A DNA stretch of 64,000 nt from Eledone cirrhosa (Eukaryota), in contig OZ024741.1 of assembly GCA_964016885.1 (NCBI GenBank), positions 125,674,001 to 125,738,000 of the forward strand. Direction: 5' to 3'. Every line of letters begins with the position of its first letter. Position 1 is the stretch's first letter. Made by a program: the position numbers and the translations under genes. The notes below the pieces were generated by a model. The model saw only the letters and a list, made by a program, of their open reading frames with translations, did no database searches and was not told the origin of the DNA. Shown piece by piece: positions 14,732 through 29,228 of this stretch.

Positions 14732-17421
14732 ATTTGTGCGTGAGTGTTTATTTAACTGATTGATTGTCTATGTGTGTGTGTATCTTCTATAATAAATTAA
14801 ACTTGAATAAATTTAAATTGTTTATGATTGCTTTTGTTTTTATTATTACTAGTATATGTATGAATATATCTAAGTAGGTATATATATATATGTATGAATT
14901 AAATGTTGATGTGATTAAAGGGATAGATAGATAGACTTGTGAATAAAAATGTGATTGGATGTGTGTGTAAATGAATTAGATAAAGGTAGGAAAAAGGTAA
15001 GAGAGAGAATGAAAGAAAATGAAAGTGATAGAGAGAAAGCTCACAGGGAAAAGTAAGGACGAGCTAAAGATGCGAATGAGTCAAAGGTATGTGTCTATGG
15101 CGAAAGGAGTGTGAAATAAATAAGATAGACAAAGCTATCAATTAGTTTGTTAATCTGCAAATGTGCTAGGGTTTGACTGGCTCAGAAGCCAAAGAATTGT
15201 GTTTGTGTACTTCGCAGACTTTTTCGTTGTTGCTTTTTGCGTGTGTGTTTGTTTTTATTTTATTTTGTTTTGTTTGCTTGTTTTTTTTTTAAAGATGAAA
15301 GTGTTTCAGTTAAAGAAAAAGGAAATCCATGGTGAAATAAGTGAGCATGTTAAAAATAGGAGTACAAACAATTTGGGATTTTTCCCTCCTGTAATTTTTA
15401 CAAAAACATGTACCTCAAAACTGCTTTAAAAAGCAACAGTTCAAACTAAATCGCCATGTATGTGTATATATGTATGTATGTATGTGTGTGTATGTATTTA
15501 TGTATATGTGTATAGATATATTAATTAAAATACTTTCGGTGACTGACTCTCTGAAAGTCCGCCAGGGAGATGGAGTAATGGACTACCCAAATTTTAAGTT
15601 TTACCGGCTGCATCTCCTTCCGTTCTTAAAAAATTTTCTTTTCACTCGCAATGAATGAAATAATGAGTAAAATTACTTGCTTCCGTACAAAAATCTCTCG
15701 TATTTCTTCGTGCGTTATTTAATTAAATAAGTTAGCTCTTGACACCAGAGTGAGACCGGCTTTTTACATATTCAGCATTCTGGTGTATTTTAAGCTCTAA
15801 ACTTTAAACTTTGTTCTAACTCCAAACAATATGATATATTTGATTTCTTCAATCTTCCTATACGTACAGTAATAGTAGACTGGGAAAAGAAAAGCTGTTT
15901 ATATGTGGGTCTGTCGTCTCCCTCGTCAACATATATTAATTGCTTCTTTTACTTCTAGATAAAAGTTTCTTTCCTCTTCCTTACATTCAATCATCTTTCT
16001 CTCTGTCTCCACCCCACTATATATATATATCAATCCCACTGTCCTTCACTCCTCCTCTCTTTCTCTCTCCCCTTTTCTTTCTTTTATTTTATTATGCAAT
16101 TCTTTTATTTTCTGTCATCCTCCATGTGTCAATCTGTTTCTCAGCTATTTCTGACTTTTAAGTGTGTATTTCCCTCTTTTACGGCCGGGTTTGCGTATGT
16201 GTGTGTCTGTGGACTTGTGTGTTTAAGTATGTAAGTGTGTGTATGTGTATGTGTAACTATGTGTGTATCTGTGTGTCTGTGTCTGTAGGTTTGTCTATCT
16301 GTATGTCTATGTTTCCGTATCTGTGTTTATTTATCCTAATGCTATTTGATTTGAACAGTTATACAAACTAGTGATTGTATTCAAATACCGTTTGCGCGCG
16401 TACATACACACACACATACGTGTACACCACATACACACATCTTAAACCATCACCTATTCGAATGTGCTAGCCACATAAAATTGTGTATGTGTCTATTTAC
16501 ATGTATTTATGTGTGATTGTGAACGCATTTATTTGAGGAAAGGCAACTGAATGGCAAAGAGGTGGAAAGGTGGGTATTCAACTGGAGAAGAAAGGGGGGG
16601 GGGGGGAAGCGAAAGAGAATAAGACGACTAGTACGTAAAAGAAGAGTTTGACGGGACAGAGACACATTCAGTCAGTGACATACCCACCTATAGAAACACA
16701 TACACATGCAGTGAGTACGATACATACATAGTTTGTCACATCAAAGTGACAGATGCTAAGTAAGACTATAACGGTTAAGTTATTCATTAAGATTGACAGC
16801 TACAAGTGTTAATTTAAGGTGGGAAACACCCAAATAGCCACCCAGTTTTTTCACCCTGATGAAATGATTTATAAAAATTTGGATTATATACCTTCTTTTC
16901 TGTACATATAATCACTGATTATTATGATAATAATAATTGTTATTACAATTATAAGCATGCATTCAATAATAAGTCCTGCTATATGTGTACATACGTATGT
17001 GTGTAAGTATGAATGTATGCGCATGCATATGTTTATGCATATATATATATATACATATATATATGTGTGTGTGTGTGTGTGTACATATAGAGACATACAG
17101 AAAGTTATGAATGCATATACAAATATACATACATATACACACACATATATATTTATATATATATATATAGGAGCCGGAGAAACCCATATACTGGATTTTA
17201 CCAACCTTCCAGGGGTCCGGGTAAATTTTCAATACCCGAATTACTTGAGCGTTTTTTTTTTTGGCTATGCGAATGATTGTTTAACCATCGTCTCAGTGTG
17301 TTTGGCCTTTAACGTTTGTTATAGCTCTGATTCATTTGAATCATTGAGCACTTGCCGCACATCTCGGAGGTTGTTTTTCGTTATTTCGTGGGCCGAAATG
17401 CGAATCTCGATAATTTATGTT

Positions 17422-17494
<73 letters not shown>

Positions 17495-17496
<2 letters not shown>

Positions 17497-18556
17497 CGTT
17501 TGTGAATTTAATTTGTTTAGCAAGATTCTTTATCTGAAAACGTGTGTTGAAACCGATATTGTTATGCTTTGGGAGGGTCATGTTGCCAATAAGAAACACA
17601 CGCACCAGTTGCTTTCACTCCAATTTATTATAAATTAAATTTATAAATTTAAGAATTTATAAATTTCCGGTTGGTTGGTTCCATAACCAGGCGGTTGTTC
17701 ATATAGTGTCAAAGTTCTTTCGTCACACATTCTCTGACCTCTTCAGTGACTGGGGATTCTTTTCTTTGTTTTGTGCCTCTCCTTTGTTCTGCGCCATCTT
17801 GTTTTTGTGTGTGTCGTGTGCTTAGTTTGCGCATGTGTTACATCCGAGTGTCTGTGTGTGTTTATATTTGTTTATTTATTTGTTTATTTACATGTTGGTT
17901 GGTTGTTCTATGTGCGTGTGTGTTTTCATTTTGTCCTTAATTGTAAGTTGTGATGTTGCTATTCCATTCATGTTTTCTATTTAATTTTGGTTAGAGTTCA
18001 TTTATGTTTATTGCCTCTGTGATTTGTCTAAACATTGCGTCTTTTCTGTGTGTAGATTCTATTTTTATTTCTGTGTTCTCTAATTTGCTCTTATGTTCTA
18101 TTTTAGCATGTTGGTGGAGTATTGATGATTCTTTTTTATCTTGAAGTTCTCGCCAGTGTTCATTTAACCGTTCCCCTATACTACGAGCTGTCTCACCTAT
18201 GTACACTATATTCTTATTTTTACATTGTCCTTCAGTACATCTTATGCTATATATTACATTTCTAGTTTTACAGTTAATATGGGGGCTTAGTTTACAGATT
18301 ATACATTTCTTATCTATACAGGGAGGTCTTTGAAAAGGGTATGTATTGCTAATAAGTGTTTTTATGGAGGTACCTAGTCTTTCTACTATCTTAATATTAA
18401 GTTTATGTTTATCTAGGGCCCTTCTAAATTTGTAAGCTAATTCACCTCTAGGGGTTGTATTGGTGAACATTACACTCTGGTATTTATTGCTATCATACCA
18501 TGAGTTTATTCTATTAGCCTTATTCCTAGTTCTTTCTATTCTATTCCAAAATATTG

Positions 18557-18557
<1 letters not shown>
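17495..18557 (-). mobile_element. 5'-truncated PLE with C-terminal GIY-YIG endonuclease and a hammerhead in the 3'UTR (second PLE family)
   Basis: CIDKKCIIC...CKTRNVIYSIRC...YIGETARSIGERLNEH...HQHAKIEH...RQITEAI. Bounded by (AT)n on both sides. Confidence 0.85.
17708..17750 (-). ncRNA. Type I hammerhead-like motif in PLE 3'UTR
   Basis: GTCA-CTGAAGA-G-GTCA-gagaatgtg-TGAC-GAAA-GAACTT-TGAC; stem I (GTCA/TGAC) and stem II are both present. Confidence 0.65.
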
Positions 18558-18632
<75 letters not shown>

Positions 18633-18826
18633 CAAATTGGAGATGAAATGAACCGTTACAAATAGCACACACAGTATCTGGCCTTCAACCATCTTTTCTA
18701 GGCGCAGGCACCTAAAGTATGTCTCAGTTTTCGGTATATTTAAGATGGTGACCGCAACGTCCAGAATATACAACGGAACTAGGAGAGGTAGCCCACCAAT
18801 TTCCCATATATATATGTGTGTGTGTA

Positions 18827-18933
<107 letters not shown>

Positions 18934-19116
18934 TAACACAACAACAGAAGACCGAACTGGAAAATACACCTTAGAATTTTAATTCTGCGAAAGCACTATA
19001 CATATTTCGATGGACTAGCTCTATTATCTGATTCCATCAGGTGTTATTTGCAGAATTATGTACCTGGATGACGTTGAACCCGAATCGGTTCTACCCATTG
19101 GTAAACAGCTTAACGT

Positions 19117-19195
<79 letters not shown>

Positions 19196-19407
19196 GCGGA
19201 CGGTGCTGAGACCAGAGAGACTATAAATCAGGGTAATACTCTATGCATGGGGAGAAGCAAAGGAGGTATAAAAGAAAGTAAAATCCTAAGCGCAACGCCT
19301 TACAGTTTCAGCTTGTATTTGGCAAACCATTCTAATAGTATATATTCCCTTTAAAAGGCTTACCGTATACAAGCCGAAACTGCTAGACGCCACAGTCGTG
19401 ATACAAT

Positions 19408-19708
19408 ATGGAAGGCACTCCATCGCTTACGATAACAAGTGTTCCAGTTGATCCGATCAACGGAACAGCCTGTTCATGAAATTAACGTGTAAGTGGCTGA
19501 GCATTGCACAAACATGCGTATCCTTAACGTAGTTCTCAGGGAGATTCGGAGTGGCACAGAATGTGACAAGGCTGATCTTTCGAATTACAGGTACAACTCA
19601 TTTTTTCCAGCTGAGTGAACTGGAGCAACGTGAAATAAAGTGTCTTGCTCAAGGACACAGTGCACCACCTGGAATTGAACTCATGACCTTACGATCGCGC
19701 CTTCACCA
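19408..19708 (-). mobile_element. tRNA-derived SINE family B; other copies at ~130-360(+), 540-840(-), 25975-26700(+), 36320-36510(+), 38385-38530(-), 41905-42130(+) and 59450-59550(+)
   Basis: B-box-like GAGTTCAATTCC, then the core gtgtccttgagcaagacactttatttcacgttgctccag. Confidence 0.75.
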
Positions 19709-19813
19709 TATATATATAAGGCTGTCATAACTGATAGTCTTCAGCGAAATGTACATTACGGATTTTGATAAACCAAAACCAAATGAATATAGCCTCGGAT
19801 TTTTATAGATATA

Positions 19814-20393
19814 CTAGCAGTGGTACCCGGTGTTGCACGGGATAAGGTATTTTGGAACGCGGGCCGCCAACAGACCTAATCGTGAGAAAACAGCATGCCT
19901 GGACAATAAGTAAAGAAAATAAACCGAATACTCTGATGGCTTGATAATCTTTAAGATTTTCCTCGATGAAGCAAGAAAAATGCAGGTTTTTACCTAATGC
20001 GGGCCCTAGGGGATCAAGAAAATGAATTTTTTATGCGCATTGAAATTTCGGGAAAATCGGCTAGACGTAACGCCTCAAAAGAGCCCTAAAAAGCTGAAAA
20101 AATGAAGTTTTTCACCTAATGCGGGCCCTAGGCCATAAAAAAGTTGGATTTTCTTTGCTCACGGTATGAAGAAGAGACTAACTAATACATAGTTACAATT
20201 TCAAGGAAATCGCTCTGACGTAGCGCCTCAAAAAACCCCGAAAAAGCTGAAAAAAAACGCAATTTTTTACCTACTGCGGGCCCGAGGGGATCAAAAAGTC
20301 GAATTTTTGTATGTGCATAACACTCCCTGAAACATAAGTAATACACATGTAAAGTTTGAAAAAAATCGGTTGGGTACTGCTCGAGTTTTAGGG

Positions 20394-20485
<92 letters not shown>

Positions 20486-20506
20486 CCTCAGTTTTATATA
20501 TAGAGA
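19814..20506 (-). mobile_element. Non-autonomous Helitron
   Basis: On the minus strand it starts A|TC-TCTATATATAAAA and ends with the hairpin CCCG...CGGG then CTAG|T. Contains an internal (GT)n tract and subrepeats. Confidence 0.75.
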
Positions 20507-21037
20507 TAATGCTGCGGCTTGCACTTTTATACAGGTCGTAAGCGCTTTTTTTTATCTCCTTCGCAACCGACAGACCATTAAGTGGTCTGTCCATCCTTGT
20601 TCCGTTAACCTCTTACTATATATATATATATATATCCTCTCTCTCTCTGTTTGGTTGAGCACATCTCTTTGAGTGGTTTTGGGCTGCCATTTCTAGCAGC
20701 TCGTCCCTCAAATACCACTGGTTCACTGTCCTATACACGCTGTCACATCTCTCTGCCGCGTGTTGCAGGACGGTTATCTTATATTTTCTTAGAGTTGTCT
20801 GGAATGTATTTGTCTTACACGCGCTGATGAACCATAGGCGCTTCCATTTCAGTCAATAATTTGTTGGCGAAACAGATCTCTTTGGATTTGTACGTGTGTG
20901 TTATATAGTTGTAGAGGTGCGTATACGCATTTTAATTTATATTTTTAATTATTATGTGTCTACCCTACCTTCCATAGATTATAGATTCCATACACTGGTG
21001 GTTCCCCTGTTTTATTGATGGCACACACACACACACA

Positions 21038-21091
<54 letters not shown>

Positions 21092-21158
21092 TGTTATCGT
21101 TTCTACATATTGTATTTTGAAGAGCTCAGGATTCCTTTTCCTTTGAGCACATAATTTA

Positions 21159-24100
21159 AATTATTGAGCCCTCTGCCGCTCATATCGAATTTCGTTTATC
21201 GTGAACTCGTGCGCCGATTTTTCGATACTCGATCTTTCTAATATATTTAGCTCTGGACATAGCTATCCACCAGTTAATTTTATTGCTCATTTTTTGTCGA
21301 TTCTATTGAGTGATGAATAGCTTTTGTTTTATTTTAACATGTCTATTGAGCACTCTAATTCGATATGTGTATTTCCACATTCACTCGAATTGTTTTCGCG
21401 GATATAGGGGTCATCTCCCTTGTCTAATGCCATGTGCGTTTTTCACCGCTAGTTGACTCCTCTGCCGCCAGGAAAAAACTCGTTGATAACGTAAACTCCG
21501 TTCCACTTACTCTAGTAGGCTTTTATATTTATATGTGAGCTGATAGAGTACAGTCTAAGGATTTACAGAAACCCATGAAGCTAGATTTAACACCTTTCTA
21601 GTGGGTCCGGGTATGATTTTACATTCATTTAAATTATTGACGTATTGTTTTATTGATATTTTTTATCTGTTTGGCCCGAATCTTCCTTTATCGATTTTAA
21701 ATCGTATGGTTGATTGTAGACTTGTTCTATATGTGACGGTATTTTAACGATAGTTATAGCTCTGATTCATCTGAATTATTGAGCCCTCTGCCGCTCATAT
21801 CGAATTTCGTTTATCGTGAACTCGTGCGCCGATTTTTCGATACTCGATCTTTCTAATATATTTAGCTCTGGACATAGCTATCCACCAGTTAATTTTATTG
21901 CTCATTTTTTGTCGATTCTATTGAGTGATGAATAGCTTTTGTTTTATTTTAACATGTCTATTGAGCACTCTAATTCGATATGTGTATTTCCACATTCACT
22001 CGAATTGTTTTCGCGGATATAGGGGTCATCTCCCTTGTCTAATGCCATGTGCGTTTTTCACCGCTAGTTGACTCCTCTGCCGCCAGGAAAAAACTCGTTG
22101 ATAACGTAAACTCCGTTCCACTTACTCTAGTAGGCTTTTATATTTATATGTGAGCTGATAGAGTACAGTCTAAGGATTTACAGAAACCCATGAAGCTAGA
22201 TTTAACACCTTTCTAGTGGGTCCGGGTATGATTTTACATTCATTTAAATTATTGACGTATTGTTTTATTGATATTTTTTATCTGTTTGGCCCGAATCTTC
22301 CTTTATCGATTTTAAATCGTATGGTTGATTGTAGACTTGTTCTATATGTGACGGTATTTTAACGATAGTTATAGCTCTGATTCATCTGAATTATTGAGCC
22401 CTCTGCCGCTCATATCGAATTTCGTTTATCGTGAACTCGTGCGCCGATTTTTCGATACTCGATCTTTCTAATATATTTAGCTCTGGACATAGCTATCCAC
22501 CAGTTAATTTTATTGCTCATTTTTTGTCGATTCTATTGAGTGATGAATAGCTTTTGTTTTATTTTAACATGTCTATTGAGCACTCTAATTCGATATGTGT
22601 ATTTCCACATTCACTCGAATTGTTTTCGCGGATATAGGGGTCATCTCCCTTGTCTAATGCCATGTGCGTTTTTCACCGCTAGTTGACTCCTCTGCCGCCA
22701 GGAAAAAACTCGTTGATAACGTAAACTCCGTTCCACTTACTCTAGTAGGCTTTTATATTTATATGTGAGCTGATAGAGTACAGTCTAAGGATTTACAGAA
22801 ACCCATGAAGCTAGATTTAACACCTTTCTAGTGGGTCCGGGTATGATTTTACATTCATTTAAATTATTGACGTATTGTTTTATTGATATTTTTTATCTGT
22901 TTGGCCCGAATCTTCCTTTATCGATTTTAAATCGTATGGTTGATTGTAGACTTGTTCTATATGTGACGGTATTTTAACGATAGTTATAGCTCTGATTCAT
23001 CTGAATTATTGAGCCCTCTGCCGCTCATATCGAATTTCGTTTATCGTGAACTCGTGCGCCGATTTTTCGATACTCGATCTTTCTAATATATTTAGCTCTG
23101 GACATAGCTATCCACCAGTTAATTTTATTGCTCATTTTTTGTCGATTCTATTGAGTGATGAATAGCTTTTGTTTTATTTTAACATGTCTATTGAGCACTC
23201 TAATTCGATATGTGTATTTCCACATTCACTCGAATTGTTTTCGCGGATATAGGGGTCATCTCCCTTGTCTAATGCCATGTGCGTTTTTCACCGCTAGTTG
23301 ACTCCTCTGCCGCCAGGAAAAAACTCGTTGATAACGTAAACTCCGTTCCACTTACTCTAGTAGGCTTTTATATTTATATGTGAGCTGATAGAGTACAGTC
23401 TAAGGATTTACAGAAACCCATGAAGCTAGATTTAACACCTTTCTAGTGGGTCCGGGTATGATTTTACATTCATTTAAATTATTGACGTATTGTTTTATTG
23501 ATATTTTTTATCTGTTTGGCCCGAATCTTCCTTTATCGATTTTAAATCGTATGGTTGATTGTAGACTTGTTCTATATGTGACGGTATTTTAACGATAGTT
23601 ATAGCTCTGATTCATCTGAATTATTGAGCCCTCTGCCGCTCATATCGAATTTCGTTTATCGTGAACTCGTGCGCCGATTTTTCGATACTCGATCTTTCTA
23701 ATATATTTAGCTCTGGACATAGCTATCCACCAGTTAATTTTATTGCTCATTTTTTGTCGATTCTATTGAGTGATGAATAGCTTTTGTTTTATTTTAACAT
23801 GTCTATTGAGCACTCTAATTCGATATGTGTATTTCCACATTCACTCGAATTGTTTTCGCGGATATAGGGGTCATCTCCCTTGTCTAATGCCATGTGCGTT
23901 TTTCACCGCTAGTTGACTCCTCTGCCGCCAGGAAAAAACTCGTTGATAACGTAAACTCCGTTCCACTTACTCTAGTAGGCTTTTATATTTATATGTGAGC
24001 TGATAGAGTACAGTCTAAGGATTTACAGAAACCCATGAAGCTAGATTTAACACCTTTCTAGTGGGTCCGGGTATGATTTTACATTCATTTAAATTATTGA

Positions 24101-24317
24101 CGTATTGTTTTATTGATATTTTTTATCTGTTTGGCCCGAATCTTCCTTTATCGATTTTAAATCGTATGGTTGATTGTAGACTTGTTCTATATGTGACGGT
24201 ATTTTAACGATAGTTATAGCTCTGATTCATCTGAATTATTGAGCCCTCTGCCGCTCATATCGAATTTCGTTTATCGTGAACTCGTGCGCCGATTTTTCGA
24301 TACTCGATCTTTCTAAT
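21159..24317 (+). repeat. 615-bp tandem array, 5 full copies plus a partial copy, apparently identical
   Basis: ttattgagccctctgccgctc recurs at 21161, 21776, 22391, 23006, 23621 and 24236. Confidence 0.97.
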
Positions 24318-24558
24318 TGATATATATATATATAGATAAGAAATAAATATCGTTTTTTACAAAAACAATATTAAAAAAGTATAAAGATAGGTGGAGAAGT
24401 TAAACACAGTTCAAAATTTATTATAGTAATTTATTATAAAAGCAATACAATGTATCATTGTATCATACCCCAATCGTACTAAAAATAACAATTACACTAG
24501 AAGCAAATTATTAATTAAAATAGACACCAAATACAATTAATACATTAAATGCTGATTT

Positions 24559-24868
24559 ACGATCGTTTCATCCCCATCCTGGGACTTTTCAAAATAATAA
24601 AGCCTCATTATAATCTCACCAAAGCAATCAACAGCCAGCAGTAACAGAAAATATTTTTTTAATTTTTTATTTGAAATGACACCATTATTTATGGAAAAGC
24701 GATGTTGTTCAACTACAGAAATACGTCAAACCACCCTAGCACATTACTATAGAAACTAATTTTTGAAAAAAATATTTTATATAAGAGAAAAATATAGACT
24801 TAATAAAAATTGAAAAAAAAAATTATAAAAGACAAAGAAAAAATAAAGACATAAACGTATACATAAAT

Positions 24869-24904
<36 letters not shown>

Positions 24905-25016
24905 ATATATACAAATATAGATATATACATACATGAACATACATAAAAACATACATAACCACATACAAATACATACGCTTATATACACATATGTACAAAT
25001 ACACACACACACACAC

Positions 25017-25086
<70 letters not shown>

Positions 25087-25708
25087 CTAAAAAGGGGTGG
25101 GATTCCAAAGAGAACATATTTCTAATCAGGTTCCTTAATTTTATAATAAAAAAAGTAAAGTGTTTTATGTTGACAAAAAAGAATAATAGTTGAAACCTTA
25201 CATCTATAAATAACATTAGTTTTAAGACATTTGCCTCCAAATGGGCAATTATTAGGAATTCTACAATTACATTTAGTCACTAAAGGTCGACTCTGGTTTG
25301 GCAGTATCGGTAGAGGGTCGGACGCCATGCTTTCCAGCATAGTTACGTCCCTTTACGGTCTGAGTTCAAATCCCGTCAAGGTTAACTTTGCCTTTCATCC
25401 ATACGGGGTCGATAAAATAAAGTACCAGTAATGCATTGGGTAATTGCTGGCCTTGTGCCAAAAGTAGAAACAATTATTATTGAATATACCCACGTTAAGA
25501 TCACCACCACCAAAGATGTTAGTGGTATACCTAGTTTTATCAAGATCACCAAAATCAGTATCGATTAGGATGTTTACATTATTGTTAACAATATTATCAT
25601 TATTCCAAGAATCAGTATCACTACCATTGAGAATGTAATTATTACCAAGAATAGTGAGTGTAACTGCTGGCTGTTGATTGCTTTGGTGAAATTATAATGA
25701 GGCTTTAT
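24559..25708 (-). mobile_element. Decayed PLE remnant (GIY-YIG fragment) with inverted terminal pieces, interrupted by a SINE
   Basis: KCNCRIPNNCPFGGKCLKTNVIYRCKV at ~25195-25285. Segment 24598-24645 is the reverse complement of ~25660-25708. Hammerhead-like core at 24559-24592. Confidence 0.6.
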
Positions 25709-25815
25709 TATTAAATAAGGGCGGTGGATTAGCAGTATCAGTAGAGGGTCGGACGCCATGGCGATTGGAGTGCATGCCCTGCTTTCCAGGTTACCCTTCG
25801 CCACTGATGTATGTA

Positions 25816-25861
<46 letters not shown>

Positions 25862-26213
25862 TTTGAGAAAGTCGAAAGAAAATTTTAAAAGAATAATAAA
25901 GTTTAATAGTGAAACTTAGTAACGTAATCCATTACTCGTAGCCTAATCGTGCAACACTGCTACCCTCACGTTAAGATTTGTGGCTTAGTAGTTACAATTG
26001 ACGGTCGTAAAATCGTAAGTTCGATTTTCGCGGCAGCACCATGTGTTCTTGAGCAAGATACTTTTTTTCATATTGCTACAGACCGCTCAACTAGAAAAAA
26101 TGTGTTGTACCAGTAATTCAAAAGGCCGGCTTTGTCACAAACAGTGCCAAGCTAAGAACTATGTTAAGGGTGCACGTGTCTATAGAATATTCAGTCAGCT
26201 ACTTATACTATAA

Positions 26214-26413
26214 CAGGCATGTCAAACATGCGGCGCGGAGTGGGGGTACATGCGGGCCTTTACAGGCACACCTGCGGCCCGCACAAAGGTTTTTACAGCG
26301 CGAGCATGTTTTATCTTCGTAATATAAAATATAAAGAATTAGATGTAGTGGCCTTCAGACAACACATATGTGACCCATGTGGCCCTTGGGGGACTCTCAG
26401 TTTGACATGACTG
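26214..26413. mobile_element. hAT (Charlie-like) MITE
   Basis: TIRs CAGGCATGTCAAAC / GTTTGACATGACTG; 8-bp TSD tactataa/tactatga. Confidence 0.75.
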
Positions 26414-26728
26414 TACTATGATACAAAATGGACTGTACCTGTAATTCAAAAGGCCAGACTTTTCACACAGTGAAACGCTCTGATAATTATGTAAACGGTA
26501 CACATGTCAGTGGTATTTGTAATTCAAAAGGCTAACTTTATCACACATTGTATCACACGGATTCTCCTTGAAAGCTAAGTTAAGACTGTGTCACGCTGAA
26601 TCTCCCTGAGAACAACGTTAAGGGAAAACGTGCCTGTGGAATGCTCAGTCACACGGATATAAAATTTATGGGCAGACTTTTCTGTTAATGAAACAACTGC
26701 AACACATGTCTGAACCAATGGAAGTCCA

Positions 26729-26729
<1 letters not shown>

Positions 26730-26780
<51 letters not shown>

Positions 26781-27107
26781 ATGCACACACACTTACACTC
26801 TCACGCAAATACACATGCGTGCACACACGCACATACACATACACATACACACACAACAGCACACAACACACGCACGCCAGCACTCTTACTTACACACACC
26901 AACACACAAACACACACTAGCGCCCACATACACACACACATATACACCATCACACAAACACGCACTCACACACACATACTCACACACACACCATCACACA
27001 AACACACATGCACGCAAACACACATACACACACAACAGCATTCAAACACACGCGCGCCAGTACTCATACACACACACACCAACACACAAACACACACACG
27101 CCCACAT

Positions 27108-27139
<32 letters not shown>

Positions 27140-27680
27140 TCACACACACACGCACACACAGACACACACATACACCCCACCCACCCCCACACACACACCA
27201 TCACAGAAACACACATACACACACAACAGCACACAGACACACGCGCGCCAGGACTCATACACACACGCACACACACACACATACTCACACACATACCATC
27301 ACACAAACACACATGCACGCAAACACACATACACACACAACAGCATTCAAACACACGCGCGCCAGTACTCATACACACACACACCAACACACAAACACAC
27401 ACACGCCCACATACACACACACACACATATACACACACACTCACACACACACGCACACACAGACACACACATACACCCCACCCACCCCCACACACACACC
27501 ATCACAGAAACACACATACACACACAACAGCACACAGACACACGCGCGCCAGGACTCATACACACACGCACACACACACACATAGTCACACACACATAGT
27601 CACACACACACCATCACACAAACACATGCAAACAGACACTCAACCTCACATACACACACACACCAACACACACACACCAA
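26730..27680. repeat. Complex (CA)-rich satellite with a ~300-bp higher-order duplication
   Basis: cagcattcaaacacacgcgcgccagtactc and cgcgcgccaggactc each recur about 300 bp apart. Confidence 0.85.
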
Positions 27681-28528
27681 AATAACGTCAGGTGGTCAAA
27701 TATAGCCCGTTTACATTCATCGCTTTGTTTGAATAAAAAAAAATTCTCAATTCAACCACCAATAGATTTAATCTAACCATGTATGTATATATGTATTTGT
27801 GTGTGGAGGGGTGAGGTGGGGTATTTATGTGTGCACGTACATGTATGTATGCGTGTGTTTGTATGGATGGATGTATGTTTCTATGTATGTATGTATTATG
27901 TAGGCATGGATGCATGTTTGTATGTATGTATGCATGTACGTATGTGTGTTTGACTGTATATATGTATGTATATATATATGTATGTATATGTGTGTTTTTT
28001 GTATGTATGTATATATACATATGTATGTATGTATGTACGTATGTGTGTATGTATGTATGTGTGTATGCATGTTTCTATGAACGTATGTATGTTCCTATGT
28101 ATGCATGCATGCATGTATGTATGTATGGATGGATGGAGGTTTGTATGCATATATATATATATATATATATCAATCAATGATATTAATAAATGGAAACTAT
28201 ATTTATAAAACCATATTTATTCTATTATATATATTTCAAAGGTACCAAAACTTTGGCACGCTATCAACATAAAACACAAAGTTTGTTCGTTAAGGTCTGA
28301 TTCCTGGGTATGTCACTATTTATAAAACAAACTTTGTATTTTATCTGATGAGGGCGTTCCAAAGTTTTGGTACCCTTGAAGTATATATAATAGAATAAAT
28401 ATGGTTTTATAAATATAGTTTCCATTTATTAATATCATTGATGTTATACTCCAGAAAAGCTGTCGAGTGCTTCGAACCTGTTATAAATATATTTGTTGAA
28501 TTACCAACAAATTAAATATCCCTTTGCT

Positions 28529-28697
<169 letters not shown>

Positions 28698-29162
28698 GTG
28701 TGTGTGTGTGTGTGGATATATGATGTCACAACTATATATTACAGCAACATTTTTGTAACGGTTCACATTTGATTTTGATTATCTTTTTATTTTATTTCTT
28801 ACGTTTTTCCCACATGTATATTATAGCATATCTGACATCACAATTTGAAAGGTCTATGCCCTAAAGAAAACACCTTAGTGATCTTAATGTATATTTATCT
28901 TCTATATATAAATTTGAGCAACTTCCGTCCGTCACACAATGTGTGTGTGTATGTTTATGTGAATGTATGTGTGTGTAAAAGGGGATGATGAAAAATTATA
29001 GCAAAAAATTATAGCGTTGCATTTGCTACGCTGTGCGTGTGAATGTATGTGTATGTATGTTTTTGTGTAAATGTATGTGTGTGTGATTGTGTAAATGTAT
29101 GTGTGTTTTTGTGTGAATGTATGTCTATGCGTGTGTATTTTTGTAAGTGTGTCTGTTTGCAT

Positions 29163-29228
<66 letters not shown>

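Noticed and set aside
14000-16200. Possible 5'UTR/promoter of the SLC12 gene
   Set aside because: Position is suggestive, but no TSS or motif can be supported from sequence alone.
17991-18557. Possible Naiad/selenoprotein-type PLE
   Set aside because: The endonuclease is C-terminal and a hammerhead is present; no in-frame TGA or SECIS was seen.
20824-20880. CTGATGA...GAAAC hammerhead candidate (similar weak ones at ~1806 and ~19000-19040)
   Set aside because: Stem II pairing is poor or the core is mutated; not counted.
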